Shown here in pieces: positions 41,054-51,081 of a stretch of 62,009 nucleotides of DNA. Position 1 is the first letter of the stretch. Each line of letters begins with the position of its first letter. Below the pieces are notes generated by a model that was not told the DNA's origin, did not search any database, and saw only the letters and a list, made by a program, of their open reading frames with translations. Made by a program: the position numbers and the translations under genes. The DNA is taken from positions 1-62,009 of the forward strand of contig JBFMCP010000018.1 in NCBI GenBank assembly GCA_040754455.1. Reading direction: 5' to 3'. This DNA is from Nitrospirota bacterium (GTDB taxonomy: Bacteria > Nitrospirota > Thermodesulfovibrionia > Thermodesulfovibrionales > Dissulfurispiraceae).

Positions 41054-42487
41054 TTACGAGAGCGCGAGCTCCATCTGCTCCATATTCTCTTTGGGGAATT
41101 TTATCGGATAGTTGTTGTCGAAGCACGCCGAACAGTAATTTTCTGGATGGGGGACGATGCTTTTGAGCCCCTCGAGGCTTATATAGGCGAGACTGTCAGC
41201 AGTGATATACTTCTTTATCTCCTTGACCAGATGGCTCGAGGCGATCAGTTCCTGCCTGGTCGGCGTATCGATGCCGTAGAAACAGGGTCCTACAGTGGGC
41301 GGTGAGCAGATCCTCATGTGCACTTCTTTTGCCCCGCCGACCTCCCTGATCATCTTGACGATCTTCTTACTGGTGGTGCCCCTGACAATGGAGTCGTCAA
41401 CGACGACGACTCTCTTCCCCTGGAGAAGATCCCTTACAGGGTTGAGCTTTATCTTGACGCCGAAGTGGCGGATGCTCTGCTTGGGCTCGATGAAGGTCCT
41501 GCCTATGTAATGGTTCCTGATGAGGCCGAAGTCAAAGGGGATATTCGATTCCTCGGCAAATCCGATCGCTGCCGGCACACCGGAATCGGGGACGGGGATG
41601 ACGATATCGGCATCGACCATCGATTCTTTGGCGAGCTGCCAGCCCATCATCTTCCTCATCGTATTGACGCAGACGTGGTTGTAGATGTAGCTGTCAGGCC
41701 GGGCGAAATAGATGAACTCGAAGATGCAGAAGGCCTTTCTCGGGCTGTGCAGCGCCTTTATGGAGCGCAGGCCGTCCTGGTTGATGGTGACCATCTCGCC
41801 GGGTTCGACATCCCGCACATATTCGGCGCCGATCAGGTCAAAGGCGCAGGTTTCCGAGGCGACGACGTAAGCGCCGTCCACTTTTCCGATCGAAAAGGGG
41901 CGCACTCCGTAGGGATCCCGCACGGCGATCAGCTCATTCTCCCTCAAAAAGAGGAGGCTATAGGCGCCGCTCACTTTCCGCAATGCTTCGATAATCCGCT
42001 CATAGGGGTCGTCGTGTTTCGAACGTGCGATGAGATGGAGGATGGTCTCGCTGTCCGAGGTGGACTGGAAGATGGCGCCTTCGGCTTCGAGCCGCTGCTT
42101 GAGCATCTCGACATTGACGAGATTGCCGTTATGGGCGACTGCAATAGTGCCGAGGGCATAATTTGCGACGAGCGGTTGCACATTCTTCAGGCCGCCGCCG
42201 CCCGCCGTCGAATACCGGTTGTGGCCTATGGCGCTGTGACCGGGCAGGCGTTTCAGCCGCTTTTCGCTGAAGATATCGGCAACAAGGCCGAGGGCCTTTT
42301 CGGTATAAAGGTTTTTTCCGTCAGAGGAACAGATGCCTGCGCCTTCCTGCCCGCGGTGCTGCAGGGCATAGAGGCCCAGATAGGTAAGGTTGGCTGCTTC
42401 GGGGTGGTTGTAGACGCCGAATATGCCGCACTCTTCATGGATATCATGAATGGGCAACCGGTGCTGCCGACAGGCTTTAATGCTCAT
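41054..42487 (-). CDS. purF: Amidophosphoribosyltransferase
   Basis: Propeptide then [44 protein letters not shown] Fe-S ligands. Confidence 0.98.
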   Translation of the reverse strand: MSIKACRQHRLPIHDIHEECGIFGVYNHPEAANLTYLGLYALQHRGQEGAGICSSDGKNLYTEKALGLVADIFSEKRLKRLPGHSAIGHNRYSTAGGGGLKNVQPLVANYALGTIAVAHNGNLVNVEMLKQRLEAEGAIFQSTSDSETILHLIARSKHDDPYERIIEALRKVSGAYSLLFLRENELIAVRDPYGVRPFSIGKVDGAYVVASETCAFDLIGAEYVRDVEPGEMVTINQDGLRSIKALHSPRKAFCIFEFIYFARPDSYIYNHVCVNTMRKMMGWQLAKESMVDADIVIPVPDSGVPAAIGFAEESNIPFDFGLIRNHYIGRTFIEPKQSIRHFGVKIKLNPVRDLLQGKRVVVVDDSIVRGTTSKKIVKMIREVGGAKEVHMRICSPPTVGPCFYGIDTPTRQELIASSHLVKEIKKYITADSLAYISLEGLKSIVPHPENYCSACFDNNYPIKFPKENMEQMELALS

Positions 42488-42702
42488 ACAATAAATCGGC
42501 TCTCTTGCTTCACGTTGTAAGGTGATATCCCACGATCACCTGTTGTGCGGGGGCCTCACCAGAGGTAGTACTGTTGTGCGTCGGCACCCGGATTAGAGAA
42601 AAGTATGCGCGCTCATTTATAATAACAACTATGGCTGTCGAGTATGCGTCGTATCGGGAGCCGCGTACCAGAGAATCGAATGTTTTATTTTACCATAAAA
42701 GC

Positions 42703-44709
42703 ATGAGCGAGTTTAAACTGCAGACTGACTTTGTTCCAAAAGGCGACCAGCCGAAGGCGATCAGAGAGCTTACCGAGGGAATCCAAAAAGGAATTAACAA
42801 TCAGGTGCTTCTGGGGGTCACCGGATCAGGCAAGACCTTTTCAATCGCCAATGTTATCGCCAACGTAAACAAGCCGACCCTCATTATCGCCCACAACAAG
42901 GCCCTTGCCGCGCAGCTCTACGGTGAATTCAAGGAGCTTTTCCCCGACAATGCCGTGGAATTCTTCGTCAGCTACTATGATTACTATCAGCCCGAGGCAT
43001 ACATTCCCTCAAGCGATACCTACATAGAGAAAGACTCCATGGTGAACGAGGATATCGACCGGCTGCGCCATTCCGCCACCATGTCGATCCTCGAGCGGAA
43101 AGACGTTATTGTGGTCGCCTCGGTCTCCTGCATCTACGGCATCGGCTCGCCCGAGGATTACCTCGGCATGCATCTCACTATCGAAGAGGGCCTGAGGATC
43201 AAGAGGGACGATTTTCTGAGGAACCTCGTTGATATTCTTTATGCGCGTGCGGATGCTGAGTTCAAACGCGGCAATTTCAGGGTGCGGGGCGATAGCGTAG
43301 AGGTCTTTCCCGCCTTTTCCATGGACAGGGCGGTGCGCATCGAATTCTTCGGCGATGATATCGATTCGATCCATGAGTTCGACCCGCTCACCGGCGAGCG
43401 GCTGAAGCGGCTCTACAAGCTCTCCCTCTACCCCAACAGCCACTGGATCACCCCCGAGGCAAAGCTGAAAAAATCCTTTAAAACAATAGAAAAGGAGCTG
43501 GAGGACCAGGTCCGCTACTTCAAGAACAGAGGGGAGATTGCCTATGCCCACCGGATCGAGCAGCGGACGCGCTTTGACCTGGAGATGCTCAAGGAGTTTG
43601 GCTATTGCCACGGCATAGAAAACTATTCGCGCCACCTGAGCGGGAGAAACGCAGGAGATCCGCCGTATACCCTGCTCGATTATATCCGGAGCGGGCCGTC
43701 CAAGGGCGATTTTCTGATGGTCATCGACGAATCGCACGCAACCGTGCCGCAGATCGGCGGCATGTATGAGGGCGACCGGTCGAGAAAGCAGACGCTTGTC
43801 GACTACGGCTTCAGGCTGCCTTCGGCGCTCGATAACCGGCCCTTGCGGTTCGAGGAGTTCGAACAACGCATGCACCAGGTGATTTATGTATCGGCGACCC
43901 CCGCGGCCTATGAGATCGAAAAATCACAGGGCAGGATTGTCGAGCAGGTCATCCGGCCGACAGGCCTGATGGACCCGAAAATGACAGTGCGGCCCATCAG
44001 CGGACAGGTGGACGACCTCCTCGGAGAGATACGCAAGAGGGCCGAACGGGGCGAGCGCATCTTGGTAACCACGCTCACCAAGAAGATGGCAGAGGATCTT
44101 ACCGATTTCTATACGCAGCTCGGCATCAAGGCGCGGTATCTGCATTCCGATATCGACACCCTCGAGCGCATCGAGATATTGCGTGATTTAAGGCTCGGCG
44201 TCTTTGATGTGCTCATCGGCGTCAACCTGCTCAGGGAGGGCCTTGACCTCCCCGAGGTCTCGCTCGTGGCGATCTTCGATGCGGACAAGGAGGGATTTCT
44301 CCGTTCCGAACGCTCGCTCATCCAGACCGCAGGCCGCGCTGCGCGTAATCTGAACGGGGAGGTAATCCTCTACGCCGATACTATAACGCGCTCCATGCAG
44401 AAGGCGATCGATGAGACCGAGCGGAGACGAAAGATCCAGGGTGACTACAATAAGCGCATGAAGATCACACCCCAGAGCGTCAAGAGCCAGATCAAGGACA
44501 TCCTGAGCTCGATCTATGAGGCGGACTACTTCGCTGCTCCCGCTGTTGCCGAGGACAAGATTGAATACGAGATGAGCGAAGAAGCGCTCAAGAAGCTTGA
44601 AACGGAAATGAAAGAGGCGGCGAAAAAGCTCGACTTCGAGAAGGCAGCGGAGATCAGGGACAAGATCAAGGCGATGCGGGAGCGGATGCTGAAGGTCGGC
44701 GTTAGATGA
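42703..44709 (+). CDS. uvrB: Excinuclease ABC subunit B
   Basis: [48 protein letters not shown]-terminal UVR domain. Confidence 0.98.
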   Translation: MSEFKLQTDFVPKGDQPKAIRELTEGIQKGINNQVLLGVTGSGKTFSIANVIANVNKPTLIIAHNKALAAQLYGEFKELFPDNAVEFFVSYYDYYQPEAYIPSSDTYIEKDSMVNEDIDRLRHSATMSILERKDVIVVASVSCIYGIGSPEDYLGMHLTIEEGLRIKRDDFLRNLVDILYARADAEFKRGNFRVRGDSVEVFPAFSMDRAVRIEFFGDDIDSIHEFDPLTGERLKRLYKLSLYPNSHWITPEAKLKKSFKTIEKELEDQVRYFKNRGEIAYAHRIEQRTRFDLEMLKEFGYCHGIENYSRHLSGRNAGDPPYTLLDYIRSGPSKGDFLMVIDESHATVPQIGGMYEGDRSRKQTLVDYGFRLPSALDNRPLRFEEFEQRMHQVIYVSATPAAYEIEKSQGRIVEQVIRPTGLMDPKMTVRPISGQVDDLLGEIRKRAERGERILVTTLTKKMAEDLTDFYTQLGIKARYLHSDIDTLERIEILRDLRLGVFDVLIGVNLLREGLDLPEVSLVAIFDADKEGFLRSERSLIQTAGRAARNLNGEVILYADTITRSMQKAIDETERRRKIQGDYNKRMKITPQSVKSQIKDILSSIYEADYFAAPAVAEDKIEYEMSEEALKKLETEMKEAAKKLDFEKAAEIRDKIKAMRERMLKVGVR

Positions 44710-44791
44710 GGTTAACAGAACAGCCAAGCAAGAAAGTGCTGAGGAAAGCAAAGGTTCACGTAATCCCTTGCTTCCACCAGCACTCAGCCTT

Positions 44792-45349
44792 TTATCTTAT
44801 CCGTTTTGAAATCGCCTTGAACTCCTCGGTCCCTGCCACTTTCAATAATTGAAATAATACCGTTTCAGTGCAGGTGATCACCGCTCCCGCATCGCGCATG
44901 AATTCGATGCCGGTCAGCCAGTTTTCCTTGGTCCTCGAACAGACGCCGTCCCGTACGAGGTGGACCGAAATCCCTGCATTCAAAAGATCTATGCAGGTCT
45001 GGAGCACGCAGATGTGCGTCTCCATGCCGGTAAGAATCACCGTCTTTTTGTTGAACTCTTTCACTTTGTTGAGAAAATTCAGTTCCCCGCAGCAGCTGAA
45101 GGTCAGCTTCTCGATTGGTTGATAGACGGCAAGGGTCTCCCTGATCTCGGGTACTGTCTGCCCGAGGCCTTTCGAATACTGCTCGGTGACGGCGATCGGG
45201 ATATTCGTCATCTTGGCGAGCTCGATGAGGTGCAGACAGTTCTTGATGACGCCCTTTTTAATCTTTTCGTTCATCGCTGCAGCAAGTCTGTCCTGAATAT
45301 CGACAATGAGCAGCACGGCATTCTCTTTATCGAGAAAGAATTTGTTCAT
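44792..45349 (-). CDS. Isochorismatase-family hydrolase
   Basis: LLIVDIQDRL, TEQY.KGLG.T, KLTFSC, GMETHICVLQT. Confidence 0.92.
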   Translation of the reverse strand: MNKFFLDKENAVLLIVDIQDRLAAAMNEKIKKGVIKNCLHLIELAKMTNIPIAVTEQYSKGLGQTVPEIRETLAVYQPIEKLTFSCCGELNFLNKVKEFNKKTVILTGMETHICVLQTCIDLLNAGISVHLVRDGVCSRTKENWLTGIEFMRDAGAVITCTETVLFQLLKVAGTEEFKAISKRIR

Positions 45350-45637
45350 TAAGACCTCCCTGGATGAAATGAGAAATGTTCAATTATACCAATTTATGGA
45401 ATTCAGGAGGTAGGACCCGATCTTTCTCCCGGAACCAGTAGCTTCGACGTCTTGTTGGGCTTCTCCGCAAAGAGGTATCGCAGGATCGACGATCCGATGA
45501 GGGGACGCCCCTGCGAGGAGAGCGTAAAAGTGTTTTCAAGGTCCCTGGGTTTATCACGAAAATGTATGTATAGTTCTTTCCTTAAATATGCTATTGATTA
45601 CAGTGACTCCGGCCTTGAGAAGAAAGGGAGGTTAGGA

Positions 45638-46528
45638 ATGCCTCTGGGTGCCTCACGTATAAAGAGAGGCCTGATACGGCTGCTTTTTCTGTTCCTCTTC
45701 TGCATTACGGTCTTACCTACAGGCAGTGTCCGGGCAGGGCAGGCAGCGAAAGAGACCGACCGGCACTGGTATACTTTCGGGATCTTCCCCTATATCCCCC
45801 TGATGCGCCTTGAGAGAACCTTTGCCCCGCTCGCCGCCGAGCTGGGCAGGGCATTGGGGCGCGATATGCATTTCAGCAGTGCCGAGAACTTTGAAAAGTT
45901 TATGGACCGTTTAAGAAATAAGGAGTTTGATATCGCGTATATACAGCCGTTTGATTACATTCGTATTGCCAAAGGAGCAGGTTATGTTCCTGTTGCCAGA
46001 AGGCGGGAGCCGCTCTTTGCCGTATTTGTGGTAAGAAAGGGCAGCCCGTTCACTGCACTCGATGACTTGAGAGGCAAGGTTATTGGTATGCCGCCGAGGG
46101 AGGGCGCCATGACGCATCTCGGTACAACAGCACTTATAAAAGCAGGTCTCGAGCCCGGAAAAGATATCACTATAAAGTATGCAAAAGAGCACCATTCTTG
46201 CCTTCAGCACCTCGCAATAGGCGAAGTCAGTGCGTGCGTTACCAGCCCCGCATCGTTGCAGGCATTCGACAGTAAATTACAGCAGAACTATAGAGTTCTC
46301 GACAGAACGCCGGCCATCCCTCCGGCGCTCTTTGTGGTGCACAAAAGAGTACCGAAAAGGGAGAGGAATATCATTCGGAAAATCCTGCTGGAAACAACGC
46401 TATCAGGCGTCCCCCCCGAACTCAGGGCTCCGCTGGTGCAGGGAACCGAGCGTCCGTTCGTTCCCGCTTATGACGCCGAGTACAGGGGTGTACATAAATA
46501 TATGAGGCTTATCGAAGGAGCGCCGTGA
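45638..46528 (+). CDS. PhnD/SsuA-like periplasmic substrate-binding protein
   Basis: GGGAGG RBS; signal peptide; DIAYIQPFDY, LDDLRGKVIG; GTGA overlap with the kinase gene. Confidence 0.85.
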   Translation: MPLGASRIKRGLIRLLFLFLFCITVLPTGSVRAGQAAKETDRHWYTFGIFPYIPLMRLERTFAPLAAELGRALGRDMHFSSAENFEKFMDRLRNKEFDIAYIQPFDYIRIAKGAGYVPVARRREPLFAVFVVRKGSPFTALDDLRGKVIGMPPREGAMTHLGTTALIKAGLEPGKDITIKYAKEHHSCLQHLAIGEVSACVTSPASLQAFDSKLQQNYRVLDRTPAIPPALFVVHKRVPKRERNIIRKILLETTLSGVPPELRAPLVQGTERPFVPAYDAEYRGVHKYMRLIEGAP

Positions 46529-49074
46529 TCAGAGTATCGCTGAAGTACCGCATTGTCCTCACCATCCTCGTGCTTGAGGTAATCATGATTGTGCTCGTCC
46601 TGTGGCAGACACAGCGGGAGCACATGAAGGCAACCCGTCAGTTCATCAAAGCGCAAGAGGACATCGTTCTCAATATCCTGGGAGACCTCAGCCGTTTTGC
46701 GCTCATCACCGAGGAGTATGGCAGTCTGCAACCGTATATCGACCATGTGCAGCGCGACCCCGACGTGATCAAGATCATTATAGCAAACCGGAAAGACAGG
46801 GTTGTTGCGAGCACTGATCCTTCCCTCATCGGAAGGCCGCTCCCTCCTTTCGACGATACCAATGGCAGGTTCTGGCGTACCCACAAGCTCTCAAATGCAG
46901 CAGGGTACCAAGGGCTCCTCGCTGTCGAATTCTCCAGGGAATCCCTCATGCAGGCCTATCGCGAATCGCAAAAACGCGGCATTCTCATCGCTGCCGCCAG
47001 CATGTCGATCATCGCCCTCGTGGGAACGCTCATCGGCTTCATGTTGACGCGGCGTCTCGGCAGGCTTACGGAGGCCTCCCGTCGTCTGGCTGACGGGGAC
47101 CTTGATGTTGAGATCGATGTGCCGGGCTCCGATGAGGTGGCCGCATTGGGAAACTCCTTCGGGGTCATGGCCGAACGGATTAAAGGCATCATGAAGGGCC
47201 TACGCGACAGCGAAGAAAAGTACCGCAGGCTGTTCGAGGGCGCGCATGACTCGATTTTCATCGTAGATCATGAAATGAAGCAATTCATCGATTGCAATGA
47301 GAACGCAGCAAAACGGCTGGGATACTCACGGAACGAGCTTATCGGGCGCAGTATCACCGCCATCCGCTCTCCGAACGAACCCGTTACGGTGGAGCATATC
47401 ATGCAGAAGCTCCGTGAAGACGGCAATTTCGTATACGAGACCCTCCATCGCCGGAAGGACGGTTCCGATATGGTCGTCGAGGTGAGCGCCCAGATGATCG
47501 AATACGGTGATGAAAAGGTAATTCAGGCTGTGGTAAGGGATATCACCGAACGGGAGAGTATGGAGGCCTTTATCAGGAACATACTCCAGAGCATCGGCGA
47601 GGCATTTGTCGTCATTAGCCGCGACTATGTCATCCTCATGGCGAATAGGGCATATTGTGACCAGACCAAAATGTCCCTCGAACAGGTAATAGGAAGGCAT
47701 TGCTATGAGATATCGCACCATTGTGACAGGCCCTGCTTCACCACCGGAGAAGTATGTACGGTGCACCATACCCTCAGTACGGGAGATTCACTTGGTGCCG
47801 TTCATACCCATTACGATAGGGACGGGAACCCGCTGCTCGTCGAGACGAAATCCTACCCGATGAGGGACAGCTCCGGACAGATCACTTCCGTGATCGAGAT
47901 CAGCATCGATATAACTGAAAAGAAGAAGCTCGAAAGCCAGCTCCGGCATATACAAAAAATGGAGACGATCGGCACCCTTGCGGGAGGCGTTGCGCACGAT
48001 TTCAACAACATCCTCACCGCAATAATCGGTTACGGGAATCTGGCGCTCACACAGGCCAAAGGCGACCCTCTGTTGCATCACTACATTGAACAGATCCTGG
48101 CGTCATCCGAAAAGGCCGCCCACCTGACACAAAGTCTCCTCGCCTTCAGCAGGAAGCAGATTATTGACCTCAAGCCGGTGAATCTCAATAGCACGGTTAA
48201 ACAGATCGAGAAGCTTCTGCTGAGGGTCATCGGGGAAGATATAGAGCTTAAAGTGACAATCGCGGACAGGGATCTGATGGTAAAAGCCGACTGCGGGCAG
48301 CTCGACCAGGTACTGATCAATCTCGCCACAAACGCCAGGGATGCAATGCCTGATGGTGGAATACTGTCCATTGAGATCGGCGCTGTCGAGATCGATGCTG
48401 CGCATGCCCGAACGCTCATGCTTGCCAAACCGGGGGCATACGCCCTCATTTCTGTCGCTGATACCGGGTCAGGCATGGATGAGGAGACGAAGGAGAAGAT
48501 ATTCGAGCCCTTCTTTACAACAAAGGAGGTCGGCAAGGGTACCGGCCTCGGCCTTGCTATTGTGTACGGTATCGTCAAACAGCACGATGGCATCATCACT
48601 GTCTACAGCGAGCCGGGAAGGGGCTCGACGTTCAGGATCTACCTCCCCCTCGCTGCAGCGTCTGCTGAAGAGATAAAAACGACCGACGTGCCGCTCCCCA
48701 AGGGCGGGACAGAAACCGTTCTTCTTGCAGAGGATGACCACGCCGCGCGGGAAGTGATAAAAACAACACTCGAAGGCACCGGATACACGGTCATCGAGAC
48801 GGCCGACGGAGGTGACGCCCTCGCCGCATTTGAAAGGCATCAGGGAGCCGTACACCTTCTCCTCTCCGATGTCGTGATGCCGGGGATGAACGGCAAGGAG
48901 CTTTATGAACAGATTAAAAAAGTAAAGCCCGATATACGGGCCCTCTTTATCAGCGGCTACACTGCAGACATCCTCAACAAGAAGGGAGTCCTGGAGCCGG
49001 GCATCAACTTTATCTCAAAGCCGGTCTCGCCTCATGACCTCCTCAGGAAAATAAGGGAAGTGCTCGACCGATAA
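46525..49074 (+). CDS. Hybrid sensor histidine kinase (TM-HAMP-PAS-PAS-HisKA-HATPase-REC)
   Basis: [36 protein letters not shown]-terminal REC ([10 protein letters not shown]). Confidence 0.95.
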   Translation: MIRVSLKYRIVLTILVLEVIMIVLVLWQTQREHMKATRQFIKAQEDIVLNILGDLSRFALITEEYGSLQPYIDHVQRDPDVIKIIIANRKDRVVASTDPSLIGRPLPPFDDTNGRFWRTHKLSNAAGYQGLLAVEFSRESLMQAYRESQKRGILIAAASMSIIALVGTLIGFMLTRRLGRLTEASRRLADGDLDVEIDVPGSDEVAALGNSFGVMAERIKGIMKGLRDSEEKYRRLFEGAHDSIFIVDHEMKQFIDCNENAAKRLGYSRNELIGRSITAIRSPNEPVTVEHIMQKLREDGNFVYETLHRRKDGSDMVVEVSAQMIEYGDEKVIQAVVRDITERESMEAFIRNILQSIGEAFVVISRDYVILMANRAYCDQTKMSLEQVIGRHCYEISHHCDRPCFTTGEVCTVHHTLSTGDSLGAVHTHYDRDGNPLLVETKSYPMRDSSGQITSVIEISIDITEKKKLESQLRHIQKMETIGTLAGGVAHDFNNILTAIIGYGNLALTQAKGDPLLHHYIEQILASSEKAAHLTQSLLAFSRKQIIDLKPVNLNSTVKQIEKLLLRVIGEDIELKVTIADRDLMVKADCGQLDQVLINLATNARDAMPDGGILSIEIGAVEIDAAHARTLMLAKPGAYALISVADTGSGMDEETKEKIFEPFFTTKEVGKGTGLGLAIVYGIVKQHDGIITVYSEPGRGSTFRIYLPLAAASAEEIKTTDVPLPKGGTETVLLAEDDHAAREVIKTTLEGTGYTVIETADGGDALAAFERHQGAVHLLLSDVVMPGMNGKELYEQIKKVKPDIRALFISGYTADILNKKGVLEPGINFISKPVSPHDLLRKIREVLDR

Positions 49075-49089
49075 ATGGAGCGAGCAGGG

Positions 49090-49623
49090 CTACTCAGACA
49101 CAAGCTGCTTTGAGATGAACTTATACGTGCTTGAGAGTGCATCGTCAGGCAAGACTTTATCGGTCTCCACCGTTAATTCAGGACTGAGCGGCTCTTCATA
49201 CGGCACCTGTACGCCCGGTACCGGCCACCCGGCCTTCCCCTTCTGGTAAATATCTTTCGGCGCACCATGGGCATCCTTGCGGGAGCGCTCTCTCTCGGTA
49301 CATACGGCGAGAGCGCACTTCAGATAGATTTCCTTGAAGCGGGGGATCGTGCTCCGCGCGAGTTCACGCCACTTCCTCAAATTTCCCGTTGCATCGATGA
49401 TGACATGGTGCCCCTGCTCCGAAAGGATCTTGGCGGTATAAACGATAGCACGGTACACCACATCCCGCTCCGCTTCCGAATACGTAGGTTCAGGGGTAAC
49501 GATCCTTCTCAGTTCATCCATGCGGAGGATGACGAAATCGGGGAAGCGATGCTTGATGCCTTCAGCAATGGTGCTCTTACCGCTTCCTGGTAGTCCGGTT
49601 ATCCATATCACGAGACCGTTCAT
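49090..49623 (-). CDS. Adenylyl-sulfate kinase-like P-loop kinase
   Basis: IWITGLPGSGKST, YSEAER, VPGVQVPYEEP. Confidence 0.85.
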   Translation of the reverse strand: MNGLVIWITGLPGSGKSTIAEGIKHRFPDFVILRMDELRRIVTPEPTYSEAERDVVYRAIVYTAKILSEQGHHVIIDATGNLRKWRELARSTIPRFKEIYLKCALAVCTERERSRKDAHGAPKDIYQKGKAGWPVPGVQVPYEEPLSPELTVETDKVLPDDALSSTYKFISKQLVSE

Positions 49624-49746
49624 GGATAAAGTATACCTCAAAAACAGCCATCGGCATTCGGTTGTCAGCTAGCAGCCTTCAGAGGCACGGTATATCATTT
49701 CTTATTCTGTATGCTGAGGGCTGAACACCGACGGCTAATTACCGTC

Positions 49747-50541
49747 TTATTGTGTTTTGGGACTATATTGGCGCTTGAGCCAGCGGCTGAGGCCGTCGAG
49801 GCCGGGGAAAAGCACCCGTTCGGTAATATTCGCCTGGTCGAGCTTGTCGCGGATCTCCCACTTCAGCTCCGCAGGAATAATGATTTTGCGCCACAGTTCT
49901 GGGTAGTCCTTCATCCAGTCATCAAGCACATCCTTGGAGGTGGACATGACCGAAAAGAGGGCGAACTGGTTCACGATCCGGTCATCCATCGAAGGTGGCT
50001 CGATGAAGAGGACAAAATCGTTCCTGCAGAGATTGGACAGCTCCTCCAAGGACTTAACCGCCTCGGCAAGCATATCGACGGTAAAGACGTTCGCTCCCTC
50101 CTGATCGAGCTGAAACCTGAGCCGCTCGGGGAGCAGACGGTGGGCGTGGACATAATTGACGGCCCAGATAACACCGTCGATATCGAATTTCTCTATATTC
50201 GCGGTCGCAAAATGCATAGCAACAAGAGGGGAGTAGGTCCAGTCGAGCAATCGTGAGGGGAGGCCATAGTGCTGCGCGACAGAGAGCCAGTGCCATACCG
50301 AGTCATGCTGCACCACATTCCGCAATGCATATTTCCTGAAGTTCCTCAAAAGGTGGCGCTCGAGATCTTCGAACTTACCCCCCAGCCTGATCAGAGTCGT
50401 CTGGAGCGGATATTGGGCATCCGAGAGTCCTCTGAAGGCGTAGCGAGAACGGAAGCGTCCCAGTTCAGGGTTCCAGGAATCTTCGTAGAGCTGCTCCTGG
50501 AGCTCGTGCCAGCTGCTGATTCGTATAATGTTTGTAGTCAT
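49747..50541 (-). CDS. FRG domain protein
   Basis: YAFRG, AQHYGLPSRLLDWTYSPLVAMHFA, RIVNQFALF, ITERVLFPGLDG. Confidence 0.93.
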   Translation of the reverse strand: MTTNIIRISSWHELQEQLYEDSWNPELGRFRSRYAFRGLSDAQYPLQTTLIRLGGKFEDLERHLLRNFRKYALRNVVQHDSVWHWLSVAQHYGLPSRLLDWTYSPLVAMHFATANIEKFDIDGVIWAVNYVHAHRLLPERLRFQLDQEGANVFTVDMLAEAVKSLEELSNLCRNDFVLFIEPPSMDDRIVNQFALFSVMSTSKDVLDDWMKDYPELWRKIIIPAELKWEIRDKLDQANITERVLFPGLDGLSRWLKRQYSPKTQ

Positions 50542-50752
50542 CGCAGAGCAAAATCCTACAGAGTGGATGAGCTATTGTACCACGGCGGGAAGGAAAAAAA
50601 AGAGCAGATCATAAGAAGTGAAGCTGCTGCAATCAAAACGCGAGTTCCCCTGCCATTCTCCGCTTCAGAAATATACAGACCCGCTATTCAGTCAATTATA
50701 TCACAAAAAAACGGCCCTTCTATTTTGGGCATTGATCTTTGAGCCCTGCCAC

Positions 50753-50780
50753 TTGACACGCTTTTTGGAGCTGATATTAT
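50753..50780 (+). promoter_or_regulatory. Sigma70-type promoter of the peptide/radical SAM operon
   Basis: TTGACA-N16-TATTAT with extended TG, about 70 nt upstream of the peptide ATG. Confidence 0.6.
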
Positions 50781-50849
50781 ATAGTCAAAACCTATGAATA
50801 ACCGATTATTTATAGGAATGTAACTACAGGAGAAGGGAGGTGAGAGCGG

Positions 50850-50972
50850 ATGAAAAAGGCGTTGAGCACCAAAGCCCTTGCAAAGGAGGCATCTTTCTGG
50901 GCCGGTCTCAAGAAAGCGGCGAAGGAGCATCCCGGTAAGGTATGCCACAAGTGAAAGGGTTGAAAGAGCTGA
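50850..50972 (+). CDS. Putative selenocysteine-containing RiPP precursor, MKKALSTKALAKEASFWAGLKKAAKEHPGKVCHK-U-KG-U-KS*
   Basis: GGGAGGTGA RBS; Cys32 followed by in-frame TGA at 50952, 50961 and 50970 (exact 3-codon period); SECIS-like hairpin immediately downstream; radical SAM/SPASM gene next. Confidence 0.8.
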
Positions 50973-50991
50973 TGTTGCCGGTCAGGCAACA
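50973..50991 (+). promoter_or_regulatory. Putative bacterial SECIS element
   Basis: TGTTGCC-GGTCA-GGCAACA: 7-bp stem with a G-starting loop, 25 and 16 nt after the first two UGAs. Confidence 0.7.
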
Positions 50992-51005
50992 AATTAAAGG
51001 CAAAA

Positions 51006-51049
51006 GGCAGATACGTTATCGTAATGGTACGTATCTGCCGTATTTTTTT
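51006..51049 (+). terminator. Intercistronic hairpin / leaky terminator between precursor and maturase
   Basis: GGCAGATACGT...ACGTATCTGCC followed by GTATTTTTTT. Confidence 0.75.
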
Positions 51050-51081
51050 ACGGAAAGAATATACGGAGACCGGTAAATCCC

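Noticed and set aside
49090..50541. FRG protein and APS-kinase-like gene as parts of the Sec-peptide system
   Set aside because: They are divergently transcribed, and nothing in the sequence links them functionally without synteny data.
50952..50972. Genome-wide UGA reassignment (Trp/Gly) as the explanation for the in-frame TGAs
   Set aside because: Conserved genes such as uvrB and gyrA end at TGA and no long CDS contains an internal TGA, so the code is standard.
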